64,000 nt of DNA from Candidatus Hadarchaeota archaeon (GCA_964384105.1 CAYLJV010000001.1:288001-352000); one strand, 5' to 3'; shown: positions 19,905 through 32,467, counted from the first letter of the stretch. The notes: a model not told the origin generated them from the letters alone. Program-made: numbers and translations.

Positions 19905-21041
19905 GTGTTATTATTGGTAAAGAAAATAGCTGTTATACCGGGTGACGGAACGGGACCAGAGGTTATTAAAGAGGGTAAAAAGGTTCTAAAGGCCATCGAA
20001 GATTCTGTTAAAGGGCTTAGCATAGATTTTGAGGAATTTTCTTACGGTTCCGATAGATATCTTGAAACAGGTGAGTTGATACCCAAAGATGATTTCAAGA
20101 AATTGGAAAAAATGGATGCTATTTATCTTGGGGCCTTGGGAGACCCGAGGGTTCCACCTGGAGTGTTGGAACAGGGTATTTTACTTAATTTAAGGTTTTA
20201 TTTTGATCAATATATCAATTTAAGGCCCATAAAACTCTATCCGAATGTTCCGTGTCCCCTAGTGGGCAAGGGCCCGAAAGATGTCGATTTTTACGTTGTC
20301 AGAGAAAATACTGAGGACTTTTACGTGGCAATGGGTGGAAGAGCAGAGGGGAAGACAAAAGAGCATTTAGAAGTCTCTCGGTCTGTTTTTGAGGCTAAAT
20401 TTGATTTGGATATAGAAACAGAGAGGGATGAAATCGCTTATCAGATCGGAGTTATCAGTAGAAAGGGTGCCGAAAGAGCTATTAGATTTGCGTTCGATTT
20501 GGCGAAAGAAAAAGATAGAAATAGATTAACTTCTGTGGATAAAGCAAATGTACTGTCCCATTCTTATGGCCTCTGGAGGGAAGTCTTTGAGGAGGTTTCC
20601 AAGGATTATCCTAATATAGAAACGGAATTCTCTTTTGTGGATGCTATTACCATGTGGTTTATCAAAAAACCCGAATGGTACGATGTAGTTGTTTCCCCGA
20701 ATATGTTTGGTGATATTATTACAGACCAGGGTGCAATGATTCAGGGGGGTCTTGGGTTGGCCCCAGGTGGTAATATAAACCCTAATGGCTTGAGTATGTT
20801 CGAACCGATACATGGTTCCGCACCTAAGCACGCAGGAAAAGGTAAAGCGAATCCATTAGCTACTATTTTAGCAGGGCAGATGATGTTGGAGCATCTGGGA
20901 GAAAGTGAAGCTGCTAAGAGGGTAGAAGAAGCAGTTATAGAAGTTTTACAGGAAGGTAAAATTAGAACCTATGATCTTGGTGGGGATTCTACTACTTCTG
21001 AAGTGGGGGATGCTGTAGCGGAGAAGATCAGAGAAGGCTAG
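19905..21041 (+). CDS. leuB: 3-isopropylmalate dehydrogenase
   Basis: [39 protein letters not shown]; within the leu cluster. Confidence 0.88.
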   Translation: MLLLVKKIAVIPGDGTGPEVIKEGKKVLKAIEDSVKGLSIDFEEFSYGSDRYLETGELIPKDDFKKLEKMDAIYLGALGDPRVPPGVLEQGILLNLRFYFDQYINLRPIKLYPNVPCPLVGKGPKDVDFYVVRENTEDFYVAMGGRAEGKTKEHLEVSRSVFEAKFDLDIETERDEIAYQIGVISRKGAERAIRFAFDLAKEKDRNRLTSVDKANVLSHSYGLWREVFEEVSKDYPNIETEFSFVDAITMWFIKKPEWYDVVVSPNMFGDIITDQGAMIQGGLGLAPGGNINPNGLSMFEPIHGSAPKHAGKGKANPLATILAGQMMLEHLGESEAAKRVEEAVIEVLQEGKIRTYDLGGDSTTSEVGDAVAEKIREG

Positions 21042-21115
21042 ATTGCTCCCTTTTGTCTCTTCTGATTTTTTGTAACTTTTAATTTGCAAGGTAGAGAGTT
21101 TACCAAGAGGATAAA

Positions 21116-22345
21116 ATGTGGGATTTGCTTGGGTTGTTAGTATCCTTTTCTTTGATAATAGTTTTGATCAGAAGAGGTAGACGCTTTGGTGTCGCTATGC
21201 TTGTTGCCTCAGGCGTATTGATGATTTTTTCTCAGAATAATCTGACTGTTTTGCAAACATTCTACGTTTTCAAAGACGCTGTAATTTCGGTTGACACTAT
21301 TTCTTTGACTGTGGGTGTGGCTTTGATCGGTATTTTGGCAAATTCTATGAAACATAGAGGCCAAATAGAGTCAATAATATCTAATTTAAGACATAGAACC
21401 AGGGAGGAAGGGGTTTTAGCTGCCATACCTGCCGTTTTTGGATTATTGCCCGTCCCTGGTGGGGCTTTAATGTCTGCCCCGATGATAGATGGTGAGGGTA
21501 AGAGACTTGGTGTTTCTAAATCTGGACGAGTATTTCTAAATCTCTGGTTTAGACATATTGGTTTTTTGATATTTCCTCTCGCACCACCACTTCTATTAAT
21601 CGCTCATAAATCGTCGGTAGCACTTCATAGTCTAATATTGTTTCAGGTGCCAATTTTCTTAGGGGCTCTTATTGTAGGGGTCATAATTCTCTTTAGAGAG
21701 ACTAAAGTCGAAACCGACTCTGAAGTGGCGGATTTTTTAGAAAAAGGAAAGTTTTCTTTATTTAATAGCTTGGCTCCGATATCTACTTCGATACTTCTCT
21801 TTTTCTTGTTTTCTTATTTTACTCCTCTTTCTTTTTATTCTTCCCTCGTTGTTTCAATTCCTGTTGGAATTTTAGTTTCCCTTTTGATAGGGGTATCTGA
21901 GGGAATTAGTGCCTCAAATATTATTAAAGAAGGATTTTCTTTTGATCTTTCTCTGGCAGTTTTTGGAATTTTGATCTTTTACAAGATAGTTCAGTCTTCT
22001 GGGCTTTCTATTACTTTATCTGATCTATTTTTAGGATCATTTCTTCCGGTTCCGGCTTTAATAGTTATTATATCCTTCTTGCTTGGTTTTAGTATGGGAC
22101 ATAATCTTGGGGCTGTAGGGGTTTCTTATTCTATTTTAGCATCTTCTGTAAGCGGAAGTCTACCTTTTGTTTCTTTGATTTACGTATCCTCTTTTTTAGG
22201 ATACTTAATCTCCCCGATACATCTTTGTGTAGCGGTGAACTACGAATATTTCAATCCAGATATGGCCAAACTCTATAAGCTATATTTACCCTCCGCCATG
22301 ACAGTACTGGCTTTGGCGGTAATTTGGATACTAATTTTCTCTTAG
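21116..22345 (+). CDS. DUF401-family multi-pass membrane protein (putative transporter)
   Basis: About 11 TM segments; GLLP.PGGAL.SAPM, N.WFRH, SP.HLC motifs. Confidence 0.75.
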   Translation: MWDLLGLLVSFSLIIVLIRRGRRFGVAMLVASGVLMIFSQNNLTVLQTFYVFKDAVISVDTISLTVGVALIGILANSMKHRGQIESIISNLRHRTREEGVLAAIPAVFGLLPVPGGALMSAPMIDGEGKRLGVSKSGRVFLNLWFRHIGFLIFPLAPPLLLIAHKSSVALHSLILFQVPIFLGALIVGVIILFRETKVETDSEVADFLEKGKFSLFNSLAPISTSILLFFLFSYFTPLSFYSSLVVSIPVGILVSLLIGVSEGISASNIIKEGFSFDLSLAVFGILIFYKIVQSSGLSITLSDLFLGSFLPVPALIVIISFLLGFSMGHNLGAVGVSYSILASSVSGSLPFVSLIYVSSFLGYLISPIHLCVAVNYEYFNPDMAKLYKLYLPSAMTVLALAVIWILIFS

Positions 22346-22380
22346 TTGGACGTTTAAATGTTCGAAAATTGAAGAAACTG

Positions 22381-23949
22381 CTATTTATTCTTCTCTTTAA
22401 TTTTACGAGTAATAAAGTACCTATTGATTCCATTTATCATTGCTTCGACGCTTGCTAATACGACATCGTCGCGTACACCTTTTGCTATGTAGAGGTTATT
22501 ATTCTCATCTTCTAATTTTACTGTTACATCTGCTAGGGCATCGCTACCTCCCGTTATCGCATCGAGATGGTACTCTTTTAGCCTCAGCTCGGCTATTTCG
22601 TTCATTACGTTTCTCAGAGCTTTTATCGCTGCGTCTACTGGTCCTGCTCCTGTTGCGGATCCTATACGTTCGTCACCTTCTAAAGAGAGTTTTATTGAGG
22701 AAGTCGGGGTTATGGTGTTTCCAGTTAGCACTGTGGCTTCCTTTAGCAATACGGCTTTTTCTTCTTCTGGGAGTGTTCCGATAATACTCTCTGCGATTGC
22801 TCTGAGGTCTGCATCAGTTACTATTTTTCCCTTATCACCGAGTTCCTTAAGTCGGGTAGTTATCTTGTCTATTTGTTCTTCTGTTGCTTCAATTTCCATC
22901 TGATCTAATTGTTTTTCTACTGATTTCTTACCCGTGTGTTTTCCAAGTGTTAATCTACGATGGTGACCTACGAGCTCTGGAGAGAGAGCTTCATAAGTTC
23001 CAGGTGATTTTAAAACTCCATCCACATGAATTCCCGCTTCGTGAGCAAACGCATTATCTCCGACTATTGCTTTATTTGGTGGTACATGTATTCCGGTTAT
23101 TCTTTCTATAAGATTGGATGATTTCACCAGTGACTGAGTTTTGATTTTGGGTTTAATGTTGTAAAGAGAACGAAGTGTCATGACTATTTCTTCTAGAGAC
23201 GCATTTCCCGCTCTCTCCCCAAGACCGTTTATAGTAGCGTGAATTTGCTCGGCCCCCCCTTCTACTGCAGCGATTGAGTTAGAAACTGCAAGACCAAAGT
23301 CGTTATGGCAGTGAACACTGATTGGGATATTTACTACCTTTTTTATTTCTTCTATCAGATTTCGCATTGCGGCAGGAGTTGCAACTCCAACGGTGTCTGG
23401 TACGTTTATTCTGTCTGCTCCAGCCTCTTCTACGGCTTTATATATTTTTTTCAAAAATCTGAGTTCTGTTCTGGTGGCGTCTTCCGCTGAAAACTCGGCT
23501 ATTAGGCCGTTATCTTTAATTTTCCCAACGTATCTCACAGCTTTTTCTAAGGCTTCTTCTTTCGTTAATCCTAATTTTTTCTCGAGGTGAATATCAGAAG
23601 TGGCGATAAAGCAATGTATTGAGTCCACATTGCAATCAATTGCAGTTTCTATATCGTCATTCGAGGATCTAGCTAAAGCGCATATTTCTGCATTTAGTCC
23701 ACTATTTGCGATTTCCTTTACAGATATCTTTTCCCCTTCCGAAACTATGGGAAATCCGGCTTCTATAACGTCTACCCTGAGTTCATCGAGTTGCTTGGCA
23801 ATTCTCATTTTCTGATCTGGAGTGAATGATACTCCGGGAGTTTGCTCGCCATCTCTTAAGGTAGTGTCGAATATAGTAATTCTCTTCGGCAATTTGAGAC
23901 TTTTTTTATAAGTCTTTGTAAATTCGCTGATGTAGTCTTTTTTATTCAT
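22381..23949 (-). CDS. leuA: 2-isopropylmalate synthase
   Basis: [16 protein letters not shown] (LeuA-type), HCHND, GERAGN, HEAGIH, C-terminal regulatory domain. Confidence 0.82.
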   Translation of the reverse strand: MNKKDYISEFTKTYKKSLKLPKRITIFDTTLRDGEQTPGVSFTPDQKMRIAKQLDELRVDVIEAGFPIVSEGEKISVKEIANSGLNAEICALARSSNDDIETAIDCNVDSIHCFIATSDIHLEKKLGLTKEEALEKAVRYVGKIKDNGLIAEFSAEDATRTELRFLKKIYKAVEEAGADRINVPDTVGVATPAAMRNLIEEIKKVVNIPISVHCHNDFGLAVSNSIAAVEGGAEQIHATINGLGERAGNASLEEIVMTLRSLYNIKPKIKTQSLVKSSNLIERITGIHVPPNKAIVGDNAFAHEAGIHVDGVLKSPGTYEALSPELVGHHRRLTLGKHTGKKSVEKQLDQMEIEATEEQIDKITTRLKELGDKGKIVTDADLRAIAESIIGTLPEEEKAVLLKEATVLTGNTITPTSSIKLSLEGDERIGSATGAGPVDAAIKALRNVMNEIAELRLKEYHLDAITGGSDALADVTVKLEDENNNLYIAKGVRDDVVLASVEAMINGINRYFITRKIKEKNK

Positions 23950-24020
23950 TTTAAATACCAAAACTAATTACTTGTAGGGATAATAAATATCTAGGCAATT
24001 GCGATAATGTAGAGGGTCCT

Positions 24021-25526
24021 ATGTCAAAGAAAGTAATTAAAGTTATGGATACTACGCTCCGAGACGGTGAACAGACTCCAGGCGTAGCTCTTTCACCAGA
24101 TGAGAAATTGAACATCGCCAAGAATCTGGATGAATTAGGAGTTGATATAATTGAAGCTGGTTCAGCAATAACTTCTACTGGAGAGCGAGAAGGGATAAAG
24201 AAGATAGTGAAAGAAGATTTAGATGCGGAGATTCTCAGTTTCTCGAGGGGGGTAAAATCGGATATAGATTACGCTCTTGGTTGTGAAGTCGATGGAGTCC
24301 ACCTTGTAATCCCTTCCTCAGATTTACATATAGAGAAGAAGCTTAGGAAAACTCGGGAGGAGGTTAAAGAAATGGCGGTAGAGACATCGAGGTATGCTTT
24401 AGATCATGGATTGATTGTTGAATTATCTGCAGAGGATGCGACTAGGGCAGATCGGGAATTCCTTAAGGAACTTTTTCAAGCGGGACTAGATGAAGGTGCT
24501 CATAGGATCTGCGCTTGTGATACGGTGAGTATGATGATGCCGGAGCAGATATATGATCTCTTTTCGTTCTTATCAGAAACTTTTAAGGTCCCAATTGCTA
24601 CTCATTGCCATGATGATTTTGGTGTGGCTGTTGCAAATACGATAGCCGCTGTTAGAGCTGGTGCTACTGAAGTACATACTACTGTGAATGGTCTTGGGGA
24701 GAGAGCGGGAAATGCAGCGCTTGAGGAGGTTGTTTTAGGCTTAAATCGTTTTTACGATTATGAAACAAGAGTCAAAATGGGGGGGTTATATGATATTTCC
24801 CGTCTTGTGGAGAGATATACAGGTGTGCCTATTTCGCCTACAAAAGCAGTGATTGGTGACAATGCTTTTGCTCACGAAGCTGGGATTCACACACATGGTG
24901 TTTTGTCGGAATCATCTACTTATGAACCTGTTTCTCCTGAGATGGTAGGGCAACGACGGCGACTGATTTTTGGGAAGCATACAGGAAAACATGCTATTGA
25001 GAGTGAATTGAAAAGTAAAGGTTTGAATGCTACGGACGAACAGGTAGAGGAAATTTTTCAGAGGATTAAGAGCCTTGGAGATAGAGGCAAGTTGGTCACT
25101 CATGTGGAGTGGAGTGCTATAGTTGATGAGGTAATGGGGAGGAGTTTAGAGGACTTGGTTCAACTTCAGGGTTTGACGGTAACAAGCGGTGATAATGTTA
25201 CCCCAATGGCTTCCGTCAAAGTTAAATTTAAGGATAAAGAGTTTATAGAAGCAGGCGTCGGTGTAGGACCAGTCGATGCTACTATAAATGCAGTTCGGAA
25301 AGTTGTGGAAGGAGTTTCAAATATAAAATTACAGGAATATCAGGTTGAAGCCATCTCTGGTGGTACCGATGCGTTAGTAGATGTGGTTGTTAAACTAACG
25401 GATGGAAAGAAGATAATAGATTCTCGAGGTACGGATGAGGATATAATTAAGGCAAGTGTAAAGGCAATGCTTAATGGTGTTAACCGCTTATTATGGGATA
25501 AGAAGCTTGGAGAGAAAGGTGATTAA
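24021..25526 (+). CDS. cimA: (R)-citramalate synthase
   Basis: [16 protein letters not shown] (methanogen CimA-type), HCHDD, GERAGN; divergent from leuA. Confidence 0.75.
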   Translation: MSKKVIKVMDTTLRDGEQTPGVALSPDEKLNIAKNLDELGVDIIEAGSAITSTGEREGIKKIVKEDLDAEILSFSRGVKSDIDYALGCEVDGVHLVIPSSDLHIEKKLRKTREEVKEMAVETSRYALDHGLIVELSAEDATRADREFLKELFQAGLDEGAHRICACDTVSMMMPEQIYDLFSFLSETFKVPIATHCHDDFGVAVANTIAAVRAGATEVHTTVNGLGERAGNAALEEVVLGLNRFYDYETRVKMGGLYDISRLVERYTGVPISPTKAVIGDNAFAHEAGIHTHGVLSESSTYEPVSPEMVGQRRRLIFGKHTGKHAIESELKSKGLNATDEQVEEIFQRIKSLGDRGKLVTHVEWSAIVDEVMGRSLEDLVQLQGLTVTSGDNVTPMASVKVKFKDKEFIEAGVGVGPVDATINAVRKVVEGVSNIKLQEYQVEAISGGTDALVDVVVKLTDGKKIIDSRGTDEDIIKASVKAMLNGVNRLLWDKKLGEKGD

Positions 25527-25838
25527 TTGGCTAAAGATGAAGAACCATCATTAGAGGAGCGAATAGGGAGTCTACGTCGCCCAAGAAAAAACGAAGTTTT
25601 TGGTGTTGTAGAAGAGGCGATGGGTTCAGGCCATATGAAAGTCAGGTGTAAGGATGGACACACTCGAGTTTGTCGAATACCTGGGAGACTTCGGAAGAGA
25701 GTTTGGATTAGAGAAGGCGATGTTGTGATAGTTGAGCCATGGCAAGTCCAGAGTGATGAGAAAGGAGACATCGTTTATAGATATACCCAGACCCAATTGG
25801 GTTGGCTGAAGAAGGCTGGCATTTGGAAAGGCGATTAG
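25527..25838 (+). CDS. eif1a: Translation initiation factor aIF-1A
   Basis: [26 protein letters not shown]...KGDIVYRY. Confidence 0.95.
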   Translation: MAKDEEPSLEERIGSLRRPRKNEVFGVVEEAMGSGHMKVRCKDGHTRVCRIPGRLRKRVWIREGDVVIVEPWQVQSDEKGDIVYRYTQTQLGWLKKAGIWKGD

Positions 25839-25939
25839 CTCTTTTTACTTTTATATATGAAATAAGATAGATTTCCAACCGGAAATTACATTGGGCAATG
25901 TCATTGTATACATCTAAAAAGGAATATTTTGGGATAATC

Positions 25940-26485
25940 ATGAGAGTAGAGAGAATTCGTATACCTAAGGAGAGGATTGCTGTCGCGATTGGTTCTGAAG
26001 GGGAGGTTAGAGAGAGGATAGAAAAAGAGACTAAGGTAAAGATAGACTACGACAGCGAGGGTGGAGTAGTTACTATTAAGGGAAGTGACGAAAATCCATT
26101 AAGTGCATTAACTGCTCGTGATGTTATAAAGGCAATAGGGCGTGGATTTAGTCCAAAAAAAGCATTTAGGCTTTTTGATGAGCGAATGTATCTGGATGTA
26201 ATTGATATAACTGATTATACCGGTGATTCCGACAAAGCAAAAGAGAGAATGAAAGGGAGGCTTATTGGAAGAAATGGTAAGACCAGAAAAATAATTGAGG
26301 AGTACACAGGTGCTTCGGTTTCTATTTACGGTAAAACTGTTGCTTTCATAGATTCCCCTGAGAGGATACAGATTGTCAGGGAAGCAGTGCTTATGCTTTT
26401 GGACGGAGCCCCGCATTCAGCAGTTTATAATTTCCTTGCTGAGAAAAAGAGAGAATCCGAAAAGCCCTTGGATCTTTGGAAGTAG
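25940..26485 (+). CDS. KH-domain ribosome biogenesis protein (Dim2/Pno1)
   Basis: IP.ERI...IG..G, AIGRGFSP, GRLIG.NGKTR..IE, G.PH..VY. Confidence 0.9.
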   Translation: MRVERIRIPKERIAVAIGSEGEVRERIEKETKVKIDYDSEGGVVTIKGSDENPLSALTARDVIKAIGRGFSPKKAFRLFDERMYLDVIDITDYTGDSDKAKERMKGRLIGRNGKTRKIIEEYTGASVSIYGKTVAFIDSPERIQIVREAVLMLLDGAPHSAVYNFLAEKKRESEKPLDLWK

Positions 26486-26603
26486 AATACTTTCACTTCA
26501 CACCCCTCAATTCTATTAATAAGGAATGAGGGAAAAATGAAGGTGGACTATAGATTGCCGGAGTGAAGAGCATAAAAGTTAGATAATTTCAATTAGATGA
26601 GGT

Positions 26604-28166
26604 GTGGTAATGGTATTAGCTAAAGACATTTTCAAAGAATTTAGGGAGCACAGTGTTAGTGAATTCTTTAGAAAGAATGCTGCTATGCTGGGTTATACTG
26701 GAAAAATCCGTTCGTTAACTACTGTTGTTCATGAAGGAGTTACTAATGCTATAGATGCTGCAGAAGATGCTGGTACTTTACCTTCTGTTTTCGTTGCGAT
26801 AAAATCGATGAATGAAGATTCTGAGCACTACAAGGTAGTTATAGAAGACAATGCTTCGGGTATTCCGGATGAATATATCCCTCGAGTCTTTGGAAGGATG
26901 TTAGCTGGTACCAAGTTGCATAGGAACGTACAGAACAGGGGACAACAGGGAATTGGTATTTCGGGTGGTGTTATGTTCGCGCAGGCTACTAGTGGTCAAC
27001 CTGCCAAAGTGATTACTTCGACTGGGAATGGAGATAGCATTTCTTACAACGAAGTCATGATCGATGTCAACAAGAACGAAGGAAAGATCATGGATCATAA
27101 GAAATTGGACGGAGATTGGAGAGGAACTAGAATAGAGTTCGAAGTTAAGGATGTGATTTATCAGAGGTCTCGTTATGGACCTTATAATTATCTTAGGATG
27201 ACTGCTATAGCTAATCCACATGTTCAGATTACTTTTGAAGAACCAGATGGAGCACTCACGGTATTTGAAAGGGCTATAGAGGATATACCAGAAGAGCCTA
27301 AGCCTATACCTCCCCATCCGGCGGGAATGCGGGCAGACGGTCTCTTGGACCTGGCCAAAAGTACTAATAGTCAGAGTGTCGGGACGTTTCTTGTAAATGA
27401 CTTGTCTCGGTTTTCCCGAAATAAACTCGAGGAACTTGAGGAGCTGATTGATGTCGACTTAGACATGAGTCCCTCTAGCCTTAGCTGGAGTGAAGCTGAA
27501 AAGATTGTGTCCGCTTTCAGAAAGCTGAAGTTTATATCCCCGCCTACAAAGGGCCTTAGGCCTATCGGTGAGGAAAATATAGAAAGGGGACTTCTTCAGA
27601 TTCTAGATCCTGATTTTGCCTGTGCTGTTACGCGATCGCCAGAGGTCTATCGTGGTGGTATTCCGTTTATTGTGGAAACTGGACTTGCCTATGGAGGTAA
27701 TGCGGGAGACAGCTCGGGGTCCGGCGATAAGGGTCTTGAAGTTATTAGGTTTGCTAATCGAGCTCCTCTTATATTTAACCAAGGTGGTTGTGCTTTAACT
27801 TCCGCAGCTAAGGATATAGACTGGAGAAGGTATGAAGTGGATACAGAAAGTACTCCCGTGACTCTCTTCATCAACATTGTTTCTACTCACGTTCCATATA
27901 CTTCGGCCGGTAAGCAGTCTGTGGCTGAAGAAACGGAGGTTTATGAAGAGGTTAGACAAGCGATAATGCAGGCGGCTAGAAAACTCAAGAGCTTCCTTAG
28001 ACAGAGGAAGAAGAAAAGAGAACGTTTGAAAAGAGCAAACTTATTTGAAAAGTATCTTCCAATTATATCTCAAAAGGCGGCCGATTTGATTGGGGAAGAA
28101 AATCCCCCTGAGATCGGATCTCTTGTTAAAGAAATAACAGGTGTACAAAATGCCGAACAAGAATGA
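26604..28166 (+). CDS. top6B: DNA topoisomerase VI subunit B
   Basis: [36 protein letters not shown] motifs, RFANR.PL. Confidence 0.95.
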   Translation: MVMVLAKDIFKEFREHSVSEFFRKNAAMLGYTGKIRSLTTVVHEGVTNAIDAAEDAGTLPSVFVAIKSMNEDSEHYKVVIEDNASGIPDEYIPRVFGRMLAGTKLHRNVQNRGQQGIGISGGVMFAQATSGQPAKVITSTGNGDSISYNEVMIDVNKNEGKIMDHKKLDGDWRGTRIEFEVKDVIYQRSRYGPYNYLRMTAIANPHVQITFEEPDGALTVFERAIEDIPEEPKPIPPHPAGMRADGLLDLAKSTNSQSVGTFLVNDLSRFSRNKLEELEELIDVDLDMSPSSLSWSEAEKIVSAFRKLKFISPPTKGLRPIGEENIERGLLQILDPDFACAVTRSPEVYRGGIPFIVETGLAYGGNAGDSSGSGDKGLEVIRFANRAPLIFNQGGCALTSAAKDIDWRRYEVDTESTPVTLFINIVSTHVPYTSAGKQSVAEETEVYEEVRQAIMQAARKLKSFLRQRKKKRERLKRANLFEKYLPIISQKAADLIGEENPPEIGSLVKEITGVQNAEQE

Positions 28167-29217
28167 GAATCCAAGAAAAGAGGCTTTGGAGGAACTCCAG
28201 AGATTTGGTTCGGATATACTGGAAAACATTAGGAATATGGAGCCTCCTAGAATGAAGATTCCTTCTAGGAGCACCTCTAATATTGTTTTTGATGAAGAAG
28301 AGAGGTATTACACACTTGCAGGAAAGAAAAGTACGAGGACCGCGGCTAACATGAGGCAAGTCAAAAAGTTCGCTCAAACTATGTGTGCCGCAGATTTCTG
28401 CAAGGATCTTATCAATGCCGATAAAACCGCCACCCTCAGGGAGATGTATTATACTTCGGAGGGTTGGCCTACTGGAGGTTTTAGTTCACAGGATAGATCG
28501 GATAGGGTGGTCGAGGATATCGAGTCCGCTTTTGGACTTAAAAGGGAGGATTTAGGGCTACTTCCAGAAGAAGATGGAGCTTCTATTTTTGGTGAGTTGT
28601 TGGTTAAGGAAGGTAACATCCAAGTTAAGGCAACTGAAGCTGGTAGAGCTGGCTACACCATTCCACCGACTATGAGTGACGTTGAGTTCCTGGAATGTGG
28701 TGCAGAGCGTGTACTTGCGGTGGAAACTATGGGAATGTATCATCGTTTGGTTCAGGAGAAGGCTTGGGAAACTTATAACTCTCTAATTGTGGCTCTCAAG
28801 GGTCAACCGGCCCGGGCAACTAGAAGATTTTTGAGGAGAGCCAACGAAGAACTTGGTTTACCTGTTTACCTGTTTACTGACGGTGATCCATTTGGTTTTC
28901 ATATAGCAATGGTAGTTATATCGGGAAGTGCAAAGCTCGCTTACATAAATCATGACTTAGCAGTTCCAGATGCACAATTTTTAGGTGTAACAGCTTCGGA
29001 TATAGAAGATTACGATCTTCCCACCGATAAATTGCGAGAAACCGATGTCAAGAGACTTAAACAGCTTCTTGACGATCCCCGATACAAAAGTGACTTTTGG
29101 CAGAAGGAAATAAATAAAATGCTTAAGTTGGGCAAGAAGGCCGAACAACAGGCTTTTTCAAAGTATGGTCTTGAGTATGTCGTGGAAGAATATTTGCCTA
29201 AGAAAATCGGGTTGTGA
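28150..29217 (+). CDS. top6A: DNA topoisomerase VI subunit A
   Basis: TLREMYY (catalytic Tyr), TOPRIM E...D.DP.G, KAEQQA. Confidence 0.95.
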   Translation: MPNKNENPRKEALEELQRFGSDILENIRNMEPPRMKIPSRSTSNIVFDEEERYYTLAGKKSTRTAANMRQVKKFAQTMCAADFCKDLINADKTATLREMYYTSEGWPTGGFSSQDRSDRVVEDIESAFGLKREDLGLLPEEDGASIFGELLVKEGNIQVKATEAGRAGYTIPPTMSDVEFLECGAERVLAVETMGMYHRLVQEKAWETYNSLIVALKGQPARATRRFLRRANEELGLPVYLFTDGDPFGFHIAMVVISGSAKLAYINHDLAVPDAQFLGVTASDIEDYDLPTDKLRETDVKRLKQLLDDPRYKSDFWQKEINKMLKLGKKAEQQAFSKYGLEYVVEEYLPKKIGL

Positions 29218-29400
29218 TTAGATTTTTTCTGCTCGTTTTTCCGCTTTAGAGTGTGATACTAAATTTTTCCATTATTTAAGGTCTTGTTGATAGTTAAACG
29301 CTAGAAGTTCAATATCTATTATTGTGGAGTGGATTTAATTTTTATAAATCGGAACTATTCGGGAACTTAAATGTTCTATAGATTGAAGAAGGGAAATATT

Positions 29401-30894
29401 ATGCATCTAGAATTTCTGGGAGGAACTCAAGAAGTTGGTAGGTCCTGCACAAAAATACGGTCTGATGATTTCACAATTCTTCTTGACTGTGGATTTAAGC
29501 ATGGAGAAAAAGTTTCTTATCCAGAATTTGACGAGGCCGATCTTATTGATGGTGTGGTATTAACTCATGCTCATCTTGATCATAGCGGAGCTCTTCCTAT
29601 TTTGGCTAGTAAGGAACTGTTGACGAAAAACGCAAAAATTTTTTGTGCACCTCCGACCGCCGCCCTTTTACACATTCTCTTATGGGATTCCTATAAGCTA
29701 CAGCGAACTGCATGGGAATCTAGAAATGAGAGACACCTCTATGAACATAGCGATGTAAATGAGATACTCAATCGTCTGTATACTGTTCCTTTTCAAAGCT
29801 TTACACCCGTTGAGGGTATAGAAGCGGAGTTTGGGTACTCTGGTCATATCCTGGGAAGTGCATGGGTAAGGATAAAAGCGGGTGGTAGATCTTTTCTTTT
29901 CACAGGGGATTTGGCTGAGGGCAGATCACTTCATTTAAGGAGAGCCTCTTTTCCTAGACCCTCCGATATCTTAGTAACTGAGTCTACTTACGGTTCTACA
30001 AAACAGCATCCGAGTTTCTCTAATGTTTGCAAGAATGTGGCCGAACTCTTGAAATATGATGGACCTATACTTATTCCAGTTTTTTCGATTGGGAGAAGTA
30101 TTGAAATTTTACAGCTTTTACGCCGTTATGATATTGATGGGGATCAGGTATGGTATGATGGTATGATTTCAGACGTTCTTCCTATTTACAGAGGATATGC
30201 TTCTGATTCATATATGAAATCGTCTTTAACTAATCAAATTAAACATTCAGGTCTACCCAAACCCTTTCTTCCAGATGGAGCTAGAACCCCTCGTAGTATG
30301 TTTGAGAGAAGTAGGATAATCAGAGATGAGGAGAATCCTATAGTTGTGACCCCATCTGGAATGTTGACAGGAGGATGGTCGCCGTTTTATTTAGAGCAGA
30401 TGGTAGAGTATAGGAGTCAGGCAAGAGTAATTCTTGTAGGTTTTCAAGCTGAGGGAACTTTGGGCAGAAAATTGATTGATGCCAAGGAGAGGGGAGAGAG
30501 TTCTGTTGCTGTAGACATTAAGACTTTCTCTTATCCTGTTGAAAATTCATCTTCCGATTTAGAAGAATTTGGTTTTATTAATAAGAGGGTTGAGATTCCT
30601 TTAGAATGGATAGAATATAAAAGAGGTTTTAGTGCTCATTCATCGGCTTCTCACTTGTTGGAGTTTTCTAGGAGAGTATCCCCAAGGAGAATATTTGTGG
30701 TTCATGGAGATTCAAGTAATTCGAAAGCTCTTGTGAATTTTTTCGCTGATGATAGTTCATTAAAATATGCTAAATCGGAGATTCCAAAGATTGGTGATCA
30801 ATTTGAGGTGAATGAGAGTATACCTGCCTCTTTTAGAGAAAGATTGGAAAAACTTGAGAAGAAAGTATCGAATTTAGAAAAAAGACTTGATTAA
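29401..30894 (+). CDS. MBL-fold beta-CASP ribonuclease (aCPSF2-like)
   Basis: GG..EVGRSC, THAHLDH, GHILG, FTGD, ESTYG, FSAH, VHG; no KH domains. Confidence 0.85.
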   Translation: MHLEFLGGTQEVGRSCTKIRSDDFTILLDCGFKHGEKVSYPEFDEADLIDGVVLTHAHLDHSGALPILASKELLTKNAKIFCAPPTAALLHILLWDSYKLQRTAWESRNERHLYEHSDVNEILNRLYTVPFQSFTPVEGIEAEFGYSGHILGSAWVRIKAGGRSFLFTGDLAEGRSLHLRRASFPRPSDILVTESTYGSTKQHPSFSNVCKNVAELLKYDGPILIPVFSIGRSIEILQLLRRYDIDGDQVWYDGMISDVLPIYRGYASDSYMKSSLTNQIKHSGLPKPFLPDGARTPRSMFERSRIIRDEENPIVVTPSGMLTGGWSPFYLEQMVEYRSQARVILVGFQAEGTLGRKLIDAKERGESSVAVDIKTFSYPVENSSSDLEEFGFINKRVEIPLEWIEYKRGFSAHSSASHLLEFSRRVSPRRIFVVHGDSSNSKALVNFFADDSSLKYAKSEIPKIGDQFEVNESIPASFRERLEKLEKKVSNLEKRLD

Positions 30895-31018
30895 ATCTCT
30901 TATTTAGCCCGTTCCGCTAATTCGAAACTCGAATAAAACGTATTGGAATTTATTTTTCGTATAATTTGGAATATCCTAATCTTCATATTTCATTAGAAAC
31001 AAATAATCTTCGAGCACA

Positions 31019-32467
31019 ATGAGATTTGAAGATAGCGATTTGATTATAATCTCTAATGCTGAACCATACGTTCATAATCGGGAGGGAGACGAAATAGTCT
31101 GTGAGAACTTAGCGGGAGGACTTACTTCGGCATTAGATTCTTTGATTCAGAAAACGGGTGGGGTTTGGATTGCATGGGGCAGAGGCGATGCAGATTTTGA
31201 GGTTGTTGATTCCAATGGAAAAATTAGAATGCCAGAAGGTGAGGAAAGTTTTGAGCTTAAGAGAATTGACCTTTCTGAGAAAGAGATAGAAAATTTTTAC
31301 CTAGGATTTTCAAACGAAGTTCTTTGGCCAATTTGCCACTCCTTCCCCGAGAAGGCGGCTTTAGAAGATTACTATTCTTCAGAGGAGATGTGGGAGACTT
31401 ATAAGAAGGTTAATCAGAGATATGCGGACGCTGCGATAGAAGAGATTGAAGGAGGAGAATTCATTTGGGTTCACGACTATCACCTCACTCTTGTTCCCGG
31501 AATGATTAAGAAGGAATGCCCCAACTCAAATATTGCCTTTTTCTGGCATATTCCTTGGCCCCCATGGGAAATGTTTGGTAATATTCCATGGAGAACCGAC
31601 ATTATGGATGGAATGCTTAATAGCGATTTTATTGGATTTCATACAGTTAGTCTAAAAGAGAATTTTTTGTATTGCGCCAAACGTATTGGTAGAGATGTAA
31701 ATGAGGAAAATTCTACGGTTAGTGATGGGGATAATACAGCTAAAGTGGATTTCATTCCTCTCGGTGTCGATTTCGATAAGTTCGATTCGTTAGCTTCGAG
31801 TGAAAGTAATAAGAAGAAAGCTAGGGAATTAAGGGAGAACATTTCCTCTAGGAATATAATTTTGGGGGTCGACAGACTTGATTATACTAAAGGTATACCT
31901 CAGCGCTTGAGAGCTTTTGAACTTTTTTTGGAACAAAATCCGGAGTTTCTAGGGGAAGTAACGCTGGTTCAGAGGATACCTCCTAGTAGGATTAGTGCGG
32001 ACGAGTATCAGTCTATACTTCGGAGAATAAATAGGGTAATTGGGGAGATAAATGGGAAATTTGAGGAGGCTAAATGGACGCCCATAAAGTCCTTTCATCG
32101 TTTCCTTCCTGATCAAGAGGACCTGATCCCGTATTACTTGGCAGCAGATGTTGCACTGGTGACACCGTTAGTGGATGGTATGAACTTGGTTTCTAAGGAG
32201 TGGATTGCTACTGCAGATGATGGTGTTTTGATATTATCTGAATTCGCTGGTGCTGCAGAGGAGTTGACCGAGGCGCTTAGTGTGAACCCCCATAATACAC
32301 GACAGGTAGCTCAAAGCATCAAGGAGGCCTTGACTATGCCAAAAGAAGAAAGAAAAGAAAGATTAAAGAGATTGAAGGAGCGAGTGAAGGAGAGAGATTT
32401 AGAGTGGTGGCGCGAAGAATTCGTTAAAAGATGGTTAAAGGTTTATGAGAATGATTCTGAGGTTTAA
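31019..32467 (+). CDS. otsA: Trehalose-6-phosphate synthase (GT20)
   Basis: [47 protein letters not shown]. Confidence 0.9.
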   Translation: MRFEDSDLIIISNAEPYVHNREGDEIVCENLAGGLTSALDSLIQKTGGVWIAWGRGDADFEVVDSNGKIRMPEGEESFELKRIDLSEKEIENFYLGFSNEVLWPICHSFPEKAALEDYYSSEEMWETYKKVNQRYADAAIEEIEGGEFIWVHDYHLTLVPGMIKKECPNSNIAFFWHIPWPPWEMFGNIPWRTDIMDGMLNSDFIGFHTVSLKENFLYCAKRIGRDVNEENSTVSDGDNTAKVDFIPLGVDFDKFDSLASSESNKKKARELRENISSRNIILGVDRLDYTKGIPQRLRAFELFLEQNPEFLGEVTLVQRIPPSRISADEYQSILRRINRVIGEINGKFEEAKWTPIKSFHRFLPDQEDLIPYYLAADVALVTPLVDGMNLVSKEWIATADDGVLILSEFAGAAEELTEALSVNPHNTRQVAQSIKEALTMPKEERKERLKRLKERVKERDLEWWREEFVKRWLKVYENDSEV

